Shown one piece after another: positions 50,601-62,242 of a stretch of 64,000 nt of DNA. The DNA lies in assembly GCF_964204645.1 (NCBI RefSeq), contig NC_134032.1:11334275-11398274 (forward strand), given 5' to 3'. Source of the DNA: Tubulanus polymorphus (taxonomy: Eukaryota > Animalia > Nemertea). Position 1 is the first letter of the stretch. The number at the start of each line of letters is the position of its first letter. Both the position numbers and the translations under genes were made by a program. A model generated the notes under the pieces. It made no database searches. It was not told the DNA's origin and worked only from the letters and a program-made list of their open reading frames with translations.

Positions 50601-53600
50601 GTGCCGGTGGTTATATTGTAAGATGCTGTACCGGTAGTTATATTGTTAGATGCTGTACCGGTGGTTGTCCTGGGAGGCGCTGAACCGTTGGTTATATTGT
50701 AAGAAGCTGTACCGGTGGTTCTCCTTGGAGGTGCTGTGCCGGTGGTTATATTGTTAGATGCTGTACCGGTGGTTGTCCTGGGAGGCGCTGAACCGTTGGT
50801 TATATTGTAAGAAGCTGTACCGTTGGTTGTCCTTGGAGATACTGTCCCGGTGGTTTTATTGTTAGATGCTGTACCGGTGGTTGTCCTTGGAGGTGCTGTG
50901 CCGGTAGTTATATTGTTAGATGCTGTACCGTTGGTTGTCCTGGGAGGTGCTGTACCGGTGGTTGAATTGTTAGATGCTGTACTGGTGGTTGTGCTGGGAG
51001 ATTCTGTACCAGTAGATACCCTTGGAGATGATGTACTGGTAGTTGTATTGTTAGATGCTGTACCAGTGGTTGTCCTGGGAGGTGCCGAACCGTTGGTTAT
51101 ATTGTAAGAAGCTGTACCGTTGGTTGTCCTTGGAGGAACTGTGCCGGTGGTTATATTGTTAGATGCTGTACCGTTGGTTGTCCTTGGAGGTGCTGTGCCG
51201 GTGGTTATATTGTAAGAAGCTGTACCGTTGGTTGTCCTTGGAGGAACTGTGCCGGTGGTTATATTGTTAGATGCTGTACCGTTGGTTGTCCTTGGAGGTG
51301 CTGTGCCGGTGGTTATATTGTAAGAAGCTGTACCGTTGGTTGTCCTTGGAGGTACTGTGCCGGTGGTTATATTGTTAGATGCTGTACCGGTGGTTTTCCT
51401 TGGAGGTGCTGTGCCGGTGGTTATATTGTAAGATGCTGTACCGGTGGTTATATTGTGAGGTGCTGTCCCGGTGGTTTTATTGTTAGATGGAGATGATGTA
51501 CTGGTAGTTGTATTGTTAGATGCTGTACCAGTGGTTGTCTTTGGAGGCGCTGTACCGGTGGTTATATTGTTAGATGCTGTACCGGTGGTTGTCCTGGGAG
51601 GTGCCGAACCGTTGGTTATATTGTAAGAAGCTGTACCGTTGGTTGGACTTGGAGGTACTGTGCCGGTGGTTATATTGTTAGATGCTGTACCGGTGGTTGT
51701 CCTTGGAGGTGCTGTGCCGGTGGTTATATTGTAAGATGCTGTACCGGTGGTTATATTGTGAGGTGCTGTCCCGGTGGTTTTATTGTTAGATGCTGTACCG
51801 GTGGTTGTCCTTGGAGGTGCTGTGCCGGTAGTTATATTGTTAGATGCTGTACCGTTGGTTGTCCTGGGAGGTGCTGTACCGGTGGTTAAGTTGTTAGATG
51901 CTGTACCGTTGGTTGTCCTGGGAGGTGCTGTACCGGTGGTTAAATTGTTAGATGCTATACTTGTAGTTGTCCTGGGAGCTGTATCAGTAGTTATATTGTT
52001 GTATGCTGTACCGGTGGTTGACCTTGGAGATACTGTACCGGTGGTTATATTGTTATAAGCTGTACCGGTGCTTATATCGTCAGATGCTGCACTGGTGGTT
52101 GTCCTTGGAGATGCTATACTGGTGGTTATATTGTTAGATGCTGTACCGGTGGTTGTCCTGGGAGGCGCTGAACCGTTGGTTATATTGTAAGAAGCTGTAC
52201 CGGTGGTTCTCCTTGGAGGTGCTGTGCCGGTGGTTATATTGTTAGATGCTGTACCGGTGGTTGTCCTGGGAGGCGCTGAACCGTTGGTTATATTGTAAGA
52301 AGCTGTACCGTTGGTTGTCCTTGGAGATACTGTACCGGTGGTTATATTGTTAGAAGCTGTACCGGTGCTTATATCGTTAGATGCTGCACTGGTGGTTGTC
52401 CTTGGAGGTGCTGTGCCGGTGGTTATATTGTAAGATGCTGTACCGGTAGTTATATTGTTAGATGCTGTACCGGTGGTTGTCCTGGGAGGCGCTGAACCGT
52501 TGGTTATATTGTAAGAAGCTGTACCGGTGGTTCTCCTTGGAGGTGCTATGCCGGTGGTTATATTGTTAGATGCTGTACCGGTGGTTGTCCTGGGAGGCGC
52601 TGAACCGTTGGTTATATTGTAAGAAGCTGTACCGTTGGTTGTCCTTGGAGATACTGTACCGGTGGTTATATTGTTAGAAGCTGTACCGGTGCTTATATCG
52701 TTAGATGCTGCACTGGTGGTTGTCCTTGGAGGTGCTGTGCCGGTGGTTATATTGTAAGATGCTGTACCGGTAGTTATATTGTTAGATGCTGTACCGGTGG
52801 TTGTCCTGGGAGGCGCTGAACCGTTGGTTATATTGTAAGAAGCTGTACCGGTGGTTCTCCTTGGAGGTGCTGTGCCGGTGGTTATATTGTTAGATGCTGT
52901 ACCGGTGGTTGTCCTGGGAGGCGCTGAACCGTTGGTTATATTGTAAGAAGCTGTACCGTTGGTTGTCCTTGGAGATACTGTCCCGGTGGTTTTATTGTTA
53001 GATGCTGTACCGGTGGTTGTCCTTGGAGGTGCTGAGCCGGTAGTTATATTGTTAGATGCTGTACCGTTGGTTGTCCTGGGAGGTGCTGTACCGGTGGTTG
53101 AATTGTTAGATGCTGTACTGGTGGTTGTCCTGGGAGATTCTGTACCAGTAGATACCCTTGGAGATGATGTACTGGTAGTTGTATTGTTAGATGCTGTACC
53201 AGTGGTTGTCCTGGGAGGTGCCGAACCGTTGGTTATATTGTAAGAAGCTGTACCGTTGGTTGTCCTTGGAGGAACTGTGCCGGTGGTTATATTGTTAGAT
53301 GCTGTACCGGTGGTTGTCCTTGGAGGTGCTGTGCCGGTGGTTATATTGTAAGATGCTGTACCGGTGGTTATATTGTGAGGTGCTGTCCCGGTGGTTTTAT
53401 TGTTAGATGCTGTACCGGTGGTTGTCCTTGGAGGTGCTGTGCCGGTAGTTATATTGTTAGATGCTGTACCGTTGGTTGTCCTTGGAGGTACTGTGCCGGT
53501 GGTTATATTGTAAGATGCTGTACCGGTGGTTATATTGTGAGGTGCTGTCCCGGTGGTTTTATTGTTAGATGCTGTACCGGTGGTTGTCCTTGGAGGTGCT

Positions 53601-56600
53601 GTGCCGGTAGTTATATTGTTAGATGCTGTACCGTTGGTTGTCCTGGGAGGTGCTGTACCGGTGGTTAAATTGTTAGATGCTATACTTGTAGTTGTCCTGG
53701 GAGCTGTATCAGTAGTTATATTGTTGTATCCTGTACCGGTGGTTGACCTTGGAGATACTATCCCGGTGGTTATATTGTTAGATGCTGTACCGTTGGTTGT
53801 CATTGGAGGTGCTGTGCTGGTGGTTATATTGTAAGATGCTGTACCGGTGGTTATAATGTGAGGTGCTGTCCCGATGGTTTTATTGTTAGATGCTGTACCG
53901 GTGGTTCTCCTTGGAGGTGCTGTGCCGGTAGTTATATTGTTAGATGCTGTACCGTTGGTTGTCCTGGGAGGTGCTGTACCAGTAGATACCCTTGGAGATG
54001 CTGTACTGGTAGTTGTATTCTTAGATGCTGTACCAGTGGTTGTCTTTGGAGGCGCTGTACCGGTGGTTATATTGTTAGACACTGTACCGGTGGTTGACCT
54101 AGGAGATGCAGTACCAGTGGTTGTCCTGGGAGATGCTGTACCAGTAGATACCCTTGGAGATGCTGTACTGGTAGTTGTATTCTTAGATGCTGTACCAGTG
54201 GTTGTCTTTGGAGGCGCTGTACCGGTGGTTATATTGTTAGACACTGTACCGGTGGTTGACCTAGGAGATGCAGTACCAGTGGTTGTCCTGGGAGATGCTG
54301 TACTAGTGGTAATATTGTTAGATGCTGTTCCAGTTGTTGTCCCTCGAGGCGCTCTACTGGTTATCATATTGTTAGATGCTGTACCCGTGGTTGTCCTTGG
54401 TGGTGCTTTACCGGTGGTTGTTTTGTTAGATGCTGTACCAGTGGTTGTCCTAGGAGATTCTGTTCCAGTGGTCGTAATGTTAGATGCTGTTTTTATGGAT
54501 GTGTTGAGAGCCGTTGTACCAACGGATGTCCTAGGAGTTGCTGAACCAGTGGCTGTCTGGGGAGGTTCAGCATCAATGGTTGTGTTATAAATTGCTGGAC
54601 CACTGTTCGTCCTGGGAGGGGCTATACCACTGGTTGTTTTGCTAGATGCTGTACCAGCGGTTGTCGTGGGAGGTGTTGTACCAGTTGTAGTCCTAGGAGA
54701 TGTTGAACCAGTGGTTATCTTGGGAGGCGCTGTACCAGTGATCATATTGTTAGATGACGTACCAGTGGTTATATTGTAAGTTGCTGTACCAGTAGTTGTC
54801 TTAGGACTAATTGACTTAATTGATGACCTATGAGGTGGTGAACCAGTAACAGTGCTTACATTGTTAGGTGCTGTACCAGTGGTTATTTCGGGAGGTGCTG
54901 TAATAATTGATGTCCTAGGAAGTGTTGAACCAAAAGTTGTTTTGCTACGTGTTGTATCAGTGCTCATCCTGGGACGTATGGTACCATTGGTTGTGATGGC
55001 AGGTGCTATACCAGTGGTCGTCCTAGAAGTCGATGTTTTAATGGTTTTGCTGCGATGCGTTGTATGAGGTGCTGTACCAGTGGAAGATGTTATACCGATG
55101 GATGTGCTATTTGGTTCAGTTCTAGTATTTGCACTCTGATGTGTTGTATCTATGGTTGTTCTGTAAGGTGTTGCGCTAATGGATGTGCTGTGAGGTGTTG
55201 TTCCAGTGGTTATATTGGAAGAAGTAGGACCACTGGTTATCATAGGAGCTGTTGTTGTTGTGTCTTTCCTGATAGTACCAGTCAATGTCCAAGGATTGCC
55301 TGAGGGGCTTTTACTACTGGATGTTACGAGATGCGTGGTTGTCATTGATGGAAATGTTCGAGTTATTTTCCAAGGAGGTTTTCTTCCTGGTGTCTTTCTT
55401 GGTGGTTTCTTGCTACTGAGTGTCCTAAGAGGTATATTACGAGTGGTTCTCCGTGGTGAAAATGTTCCGGTAGGTTTACTAGGAGGCTTTTTACCTGGCT
55501 TTTGTCTAGCTGGTTTCTTACTACTGGTCGATACTGGAGGTGCGGTACTAGCTGTTTTCCTTAAGGCCATTGTGGTAGTTCTTTTACTGGGTTGCATTTT
55601 CCCAGTGGTTTTCCTAGGTGGCTTTTTACCTGGTCTTTTCTTTGGAGGTCTTTTCTTTGAAGGCCTTTTCCTCAGAGGTTTTTTAAATGGATTTTTCGTC
55701 AGAGGTTTTTTACCGGGTCTCTTCTTCATAGGCCTTTTCTTCTTTCTAGCAGGCTTTTCACCGGTGATTCCTTTGGAATGATATATACGTCTGTAAGAAT
55801 TACAATTCTTCCATGAATCTATCTGCTGTCTTAGTTTGAAATATTCATAACTGTTGCCTCTGTGATGATGTTTATTAGCGATGACCTTTCCAAAAACACC
55901 CAACCTCATGCCGATATCCCCTGAATGATGACACGGTTCTGCAAAACGTAGACCTATGTATAACGTCTTTGTTTTTATGTTAAATCGCTTTAGATCTATA
56001 ACACGTAGAGTATCGGCATCCATGTTACATGTGAATAACTGAAATAAAAAGATAGTTTAATATCCTTTCTCGCTGCATCCAATAAATTTGGGCACTTTCA
56101 ATTCTATGGTGACAATGGTGAATTAAATTTCTACTTTTTTGAGGATCAACCAGGTATGTGACGGTAGTATATGTTGTTGTGATAGAGGATTCCACTATGG
56201 GCAAGCCAGCAGTTTTACTAGCAGTTACTCGGTCTTCTACAAATCCAATTTATTTCATTCTCATATCACGCCAGCAGAAATTACCTTTGGTTTGTCGTTA
56301 TTAGGCTCTATCAGGGGGGTATGCCTACATTTTCTATCGTCGTAACTTATCGTTATGTAGGTTATCCACGCCCCATGATGGCAGGATACGTGGTGAGTGC
56401 CTCTAGTTTCGATGAAGTGCACATGAACGGGGGCGGTAAACGCGAGTTTCAGGGTCACATTTTTATGCATGGTTCCCCAGCCCATTTCATCGTCGATGCG
56501 AAGTCTGTTGCGGTCATGGATAAAGTGAATCATTTTCCCTTCGCTCGATATCATACCAACATTGCGCAGGTATTCGGTTGAGATGACGTCAATTTCGTCT

Positions 56601-57055
56601 TCATGGTAATGTTCATGCAGACCTAGATATTTATCCATATAAGAGGAAGAAAGACCTACTAAACTAAGTCATTCTGTTCAAATGTATGTTTTTTTTCAGA
56701 TTTAATAGTACATGTAGTTAATACGTCTATCTATCAATGTACGTACAACATTATTTGGATGTATATGCTTATTGATGTACAGGCGATATGAAACATAATT
56801 TTGAGATCTATATCGCTTTATATTTCAAGCTTCGTAGCACGATAAATTGCTACGAAAGCGTCCGAGGACATTTTGTACCAGTCTGTACAGTATTGTATTG
56901 TATAGTACAAATATAACTATAAATTCATAAAGCCTTTTTATTACTTTAACTTTGATGAGGTCAAAGGTTCCGAAGATCTTACCTGGCACAAATATCGGTT
57001 TTGCATCGATCCATTCCCGCAACAGGATTAAAACAACCAAACGATAAACTGACAT
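44612..57055 (-). CDS. Giant predicted secreted mucin-like protein (~3945 aa): signal peptide, divergent F5/8 type C (discoidin) domain, Lys/Pro/Arg-rich block, Thr-rich tandem repeats, basic C-terminus
   Basis: complement(join(44612..56038,56285..56622,56983..57055)) = 11,838 nt. Splice sites G|gtaaga, ctag|GT, AAG|gtaatt, tttcag|TTA are all in phase. The 3803-aa ORF is uninterrupted over 11.4 kb. Exon 1 MSVYRLVVLILLREWIDA-KP resembles a signal peptide. Confidence 0.85.
45900..54830 (-). repeat. Coding 27-bp (9-aa) tandem repeat array with 324-bp and 2136-bp higher-order repeats
   Basis: Units such as TTGTASNNI / TTGTAPPRT / TNGSAPPRT. The rare variant RR (ttctcc on +) recurs at 50071, 50395 and 50719 (324-bp period). 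Shadow ORFs recur at 48687/50823/52959 and 49638/51774 (2136-bp period). Confidence 0.95.
55885..56622 (-). other. Divergent His-rich F5/8 type C (discoidin/galactose-binding-like) domain spanning exons 2-3
   Basis: Pattern W..(LKLAF)..VHVHFIETRG..AWITYITISY..KLFTCNMDADTLRVIDL..IKTKTLYI..IGMRLGVFG follows the FA58C consensus (W..L.vdl..V.gI.TQG..WV.sY.l.YS..F.gN.D..pi.ARYiR..mRlElyG). Recognised by eye, not by HMM. Confidence 0.7.
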
Positions 57056-57147
57056 CGTATTCCACAGCAGTCAAATACGTTACATTAGCCTTAGATAGCG
57101 CTTCGCCACATAAAACATAAACAGGTGAAAGTCTTCATTGTGTCCTG

Positions 57148-57153
57148 TTTATA
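57148..57153 (-). promoter_or_regulatory. Candidate TATA box of the mucin-like gene
   Basis: TATAAA on the minus strand about 95 nt upstream of the ATG at 57055. Confidence 0.4.
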
Positions 57154-58090
57154 TTTGTAATACAGCTGTAGTATGATTCATCTCATTATTTTGTGTTGTT
57201 TAGATTTTGAATCCGCATCGTCTGAAAAAGTCTCGTCATGACAGAGGTACCCCCACATGCAGTTAGAGGAGGTCTGACAGGAGTATTTTGTATTGTCTCT
57301 GCTATAATGAGGTATTCCCTATAATGTGGCTATATACGTGGCTATATACGTGGACTGGGTTCGGATTTAAGGCATCCTAGTTTATCCTCCATTCAACATC
57401 GATTGAAAAATTTTACAACACTAAAACCAATAATTCATTTATTCTAAATCCTAATCGAAAAACATATCATTACATACACCGTTTTGAATTAACATTACGT
57501 AAGAAAATGTTAGAATTCCGTTCTTGTGTGGAGATAGCCTAGAGAGAGTGGCTCAGGATCAATCCCAAATGAATAAACTGAACTTCAATGTACTTACTTA
57601 AGAAAAAGTCTAGGGGAAATAAGGAAGAACATTTGCGTATCAAATGGATGAAAAATTTATGATTGAAGATATTTACCAAATTTGAAAATCTAAATTGATC
57701 CCATCCGATCTCGTTTAAAATGACTCCGCGGACCCAGTTGTGCGGTCGTGACTTGAGACTAGAATTGGGCACGAAAAGGTCAAATCCTTATGATTAGAGA
57801 TTCGTTTCTCGTATTAACGCCTTTCGCCTTTCATTCTTCAAATTGGCCAAATTTCTAGCCAGTGCAAATGACAAAACATAAATATTCTTACGTAAGCTTT
57901 ATTGACAAAACTGTCTATTTTCAAGCCGTATTACTAAGACATGCTCCATGATATATACAATGAACAAAAATACATACATGTACATATAGGAAATAAAACT
58001 TTCATAGATATAACTAACGTTTAGAACCCGGTCTTGCATTTGGACATTAGGCATAAACTATATCCTAACAGGGTTCAAAGGCCGTTGTTA

Positions 58091-58410
58091 TTAATTGATT
58101 TGACATCGGTCCAAATCGAAGTTCGGATGTGCCCGTTTGATATAAGTTAAATGAACCCTTTGACTATAAGACTTCGGGCAGATGACGCATCTAAACGGTC
58201 GTTCTCCGGTGTGGACGACGAGATGTCGATTCAACTTCGACGGGGTTCGGAAACTTTTGAAGCAGAACTGACACGAATAGCCGTTGGGTAATTGCGGAGC
58301 GGTCTCGAGGAGTCGAGCTCCGGGTCGCTGCTCTACATGTCCTGCTGGTTGGTACGATGCAGCACCTTAACGGAGTCTTGACTGCGAGATTTGCAGCGGC
58401 CTGCACATAT
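58091..58410 (-). pseudogene. Decayed two-finger C2H2 zinc-finger exon, copy 1
   Basis: Hand translation: YSCQFCFKSFRTPSKLNRHLVVHTGERPFRCVICPKSYSQRVHLTY-IKRAH...*, with a canonical TGERPF linker. Finger 2 lacks its first His, and a 7-nt deletion relative to copy 2 shifts the frame upstream. Acceptor-like ttgcag near 58411. Confidence 0.75.
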
Positions 58411-59209
58411 CTGCAATTACACGAAATCTTCAAGCAGACTACGGAGTTGCAAAATAGTAACACCTCGCAAGTATACAATACGATGTTACATATCCTACGT
58501 CGGAACAAAGAGCATGTTTTTGTCTGACTGGCAATGTGTACACGATGTGTGCTGGTACGCACACTGATGGCAAATGGATCAGATTACAAGGTGGGAGTTA
58601 GTGAGAAAGAAGAGCATTTAGTCGCTATATTTAAGATAAAAGGACTTTTAGGGGATGGTTAGCGTAGTCCAGGAGGTAGTAGAATGGTAGCAGGGATGGA
58701 ACATACCAAATAGGGTAAGGTTAGAAGCGGGTGAGGTCATGGTTTAGGAATTTGAAAAAAAATGTACAAATTAGCATACAAGTCTAAGGTTTTTGAGTTA
58801 GAGGAAGATAGATCAGAAAGAAATGTAACAACAAGAAAAGAAAATAAAGAAATCATTCCAGATAGAAGTGCTAGTATTTAATAATCTACTTGAGGAAGAG
58901 GCAGATCAGCGAAAATAACCACGTACATAAAGGATCCAGCGGTACAACATTAGTGAAAACAACGATAGATGACACAACGAGTGGTGGAGGTCTTCGTGAG
59001 ACCAACAACTGGAGGAGAATTGAATAACAATTGGTACAGATTGTTAAGTGCCATTACAGTGGAGATTGTATAGTCGCATTACAGTAGGAGCTACGGATAA
59101 ATAACGACGTAAAACTTGACGTACAAAATACAAAATACAATTTACAAAATCGGAAACATTTTTCTTCTGAACAGACATCTTTCCGATGAATCATCAAAAA
59201 TGAAAGTTG

Positions 59210-60301
59210 TTACCCGTGAACACCATTTGAATCGCTGCTCTGTCGTCTTGAACAGCGACACTTACTCCAAAAATTTTTGAATATTCTTATCGCTTCGGCC
59301 CTAAATCTGTCGTTAGTCCCGCAATATACGAAATAATTGACGCTCGAATCTAACGGGGTCATCACGTCAGACCCAAAAGATGATATACGGATAAGTGTAT
59401 TCCGAACTTCATTGCCAACCGGCTTCGGTACACCTAAGTCAAATAGCATAACTCCATAAACCCAAAGCGAAGAAGGAAACTCTAAAATGATGAATAAAAT
59501 GACAATAGCGAGCGCCATTTTAGTCGCTTTTCGGTCGAGATTGCTTAACTTCGAATCTTGGGTGCCAAGATTTTGTCTATTTTTACCAATTCGTTTCAGC
59601 AAATATATTAGAACGACATTGAGGGTTATAAGCAATAGAATCGGTATCAGACTCGTCAAAAGTGTCGTTAAAATCAATTCTCCCCAATAATGAAGACCGA
59701 ACTGAATATCAGTTAATCCCCTTCGGGCCAGTATTGGAACGTAAAATTTTGTACACGTATCAAACCAATAGAATAAATGGCTTATATTCACAAAATATGG
59801 AAGACCGAAGAAAGCGAAGAAAATGTATTGCAAGCAAACGCATATCAATAAGCGTCGTTTGGTGATGTGAGCCTGCGCGAACAGCGGGAAACTAAGACTT
59901 ATAACCCGCTCCGTCGCTATCAGTACCGTTATCCAGTTCCTCGTCAATTTCGTAGACCGGTTTAGGATAAACATACCAAAATACATCCAATAAAACCCGA
60001 TAAAATTTGAACTATGATGAACCTCGGCGCGTTGAATTGAAACCCCGTAAACTAATATATTCAGCCACGGACGCAGGACGTCGCGAAAGAATTTGACAGA
60101 GAGATAAGAAATATCAGCGACGGCCAAAGCTTCGAGCAGAAAGAGCGACCGGTGCTGCGACGATTGTCGTTTCAGGATCACGATACTGAGACTGTTGAAG
60201 AAAATACCGAACGTTATCGACATGGGTAGAAATGTGACTCGCTGTATGAATACACTTGTTAACTCAAGTTTTTCGCCGCACTTTGATTCATTTGTCGACA
60301 T
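59210..60301 (-). CDS. Intronless class A GPCR, FMRFamide-receptor-like / Srw-type (candidate peptide receptor or chemoreceptor), 363 aa
   Basis: Seven hydrophobic segments; TM1 GIFFNSL, TM2 LAVAD, TM3 NWITVLIATERVISLSFP, TM6 KATKMALAIVILFIILEFP, TM7 DSSVNYFVY plus helix 8 NDRFR. Confidence 0.92.
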   Translation of the reverse strand: MSTNESKCGEKLELTSVFIQRVTFLPMSITFGIFFNSLSIVILKRQSSQHRSLFLLEALAVADISYLSVKFFRDVLRPWLNILVYGVSIQRAEVHHSSNFIGFYWMYFGMFILNRSTKLTRNWITVLIATERVISLSFPLFAQAHITKRRLLICVCLQYIFFAFFGLPYFVNISHLFYWFDTCTKFYVPILARRGLTDIQFGLHYWGELILTTLLTSLIPILLLITLNVVLIYLLKRIGKNRQNLGTQDSKLSNLDRKATKMALAIVILFIILEFPSSLWVYGVMLFDLGVPKPVGNEVRNTLIRISSFGSDVMTPLDSSVNYFVYCGTNDRFRAEAIRIFKNFWSKCRCSRRQSSDSNGVHG

Positions 60302-61909
60302 TGCGTATCAGGTGCCGCATTAGAAAATATGCATTACCGTCACGAATTTGATATATACCACGAATCAGCGGTTCGGTTAGTCTGAACACCAGACCCTGTA
60401 CGAGTTCTCCTACGCGTCAGGAACAACTGCTGTGGATACTATCCAGTTCGGATCTTAGATTGAAAAACTGATTATCTAAACGCGCGTCTAAAATTCCGAT
60501 GCATTATCCGTTTCCCTAATGCTGTTTTTTATATTTAGTTAGTACATTATTGTTGATGTACCGGACTGCCTGAAAAGTAAATATATACATATACATATGC
60601 ACCACGCGTCATGTGTATTCAAGCGGGATACATGAATAGATATGAACGTGCGTATCTAACAGGTTATAATTAGCGACACTAAAAACTTTCCGCATATGTA
60701 ATTCAAATATGTCATTCAATCAGTTGAAGCCGTTCAGTTTTTGTGATTTGATTGATGTTTTTGCGTATTCTGTCTTTGTTTAGTTGAACCGGAGAACCGA
60801 AACTTCCGATTTTATGTACTTCGATTTCAACGAAAGAATTCTGTATCCGACCGCCGATGATCACACATCTATATCTGTACTTCGACCATTTCCGATTTAA
60901 AAAAATTAAACTCCCTGTTTTCCTCCCGACAAGTGCAGCGCGTTTGTACGGGACACCACATCTAAACGAATCAAACCCAGGGACAGTACCTGTTCTAAGA
61001 TCAAGAAAACCCGAATTTGATTATGATTCTGTTCTATATAAATGACCTTACACTAGACTCCGCTCAATTCGGATCAAATTAATTCGGATCAGTTCGTTGA
61101 AATATTTTTGCCAAATTGCGTCACTGTATATGAGATACAGTGTTTATAACATTCAACTCAGATATCATTGAGGTCGTAACAAATTTTCAAGCTCATTATG
61201 ATCTAATCATCTAAGTGTAGGCTTGCTGAAAAAGTACATCTATATTAGATACCAATTTTGTTGATAAGTATACAAGTATTACTGCGATAAAGGCATTTTA
61301 CTCGAGTGCCCGTCCTCTACCCTTAGCCTTATCTAAAAAAAATTATTTATGAACAAAAAAGGCTTACGCAGCTTTTTACCGGTTATTACAGAATCTACAA
61401 CAGAATTGGAACATCAACTAGATTTGGTAAAAACCTATATAGTAGTACAAAATTCCCAACTCCACATTTCCGGACTCCAACTCCAATTCCCAACTCCACA
61501 TTACTCCACATCATCCGATTTTCAAATGACGCCCAGGGCCCAGTTTTGTGCGGTCGTGACTTGAGACCAGAATTGATCACGAAAAGGTAAAATCCTTGTG
61601 ATTAGAGATTCATCAACAACTCCTTTCTCGTATAAAAGTCTTTCTCTTTTCATTCTTCAAATTGGGTAAATTTCTACGCAATGCAAATGACAAAACATAA
61701 ATATTCTTACGTAAGCTTTATTGACAAAACTGTCTATTTTCAAGCCGTATTACTAAGACATGCTCCCCGTGATATATACAATGAACAAAAATACATACAT
61801 GTACATATAGAAAATAAAACTTCCATAGATATAACTAGCGCTTGGGACCCGGTCTTGCATTTGGACATTAGGTATAAACAATATCTTAAAAGGGTCCCTA
61901 GGCCGTTAT

Positions 61910-62242
61910 AAATTGATCTGACATCGGTCCAAATCGAAGTTCGGATGCGCCCGTTTGATATGATTGGTTAAACTATACTTTCTGACTATAAGACTTCGGG
62001 CAGACGACGTATCTAAACGGTCGTTCTCCGGTATGGACGACGAGATGTCAATTCAACTTCGACGGGGTTCGGAAACTTTTGAAGCAGAACTGACACGAAT
62101 AGCCGTTGGGTAATTGCGGAGCGGTCTCGAGGAGTCGAGCTCCGGGTCGCTGCTCTACATGTCCTGCTGGTTGGTAGGAACTCCGATGCAGCACCTTAAC
62201 GGAGTCTTGGCGGCGAGATTTGCAGCGGCCTGCACGTTGCAA
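61910..62242 (-). pseudogene. Decayed two-finger C2H2 zinc-finger exon, copy 2
   Basis: YSCQFCFKSFRTPSKLN*HLVVHTGERPFRYVVCPKSYSQKV*, frameshift, LTNHIKRAH. Lesions: CGA>TGA, Cys>Tyr, and a stop/frameshift. Confidence 0.75.

Noticed and set aside
45072-55781. Many hydrophobic V/L/G or Cys-rich plus-strand ORFs
   Set aside because: Antisense shadows of the Thr/Pro/Asn repeat codons, regularly broken by stops.
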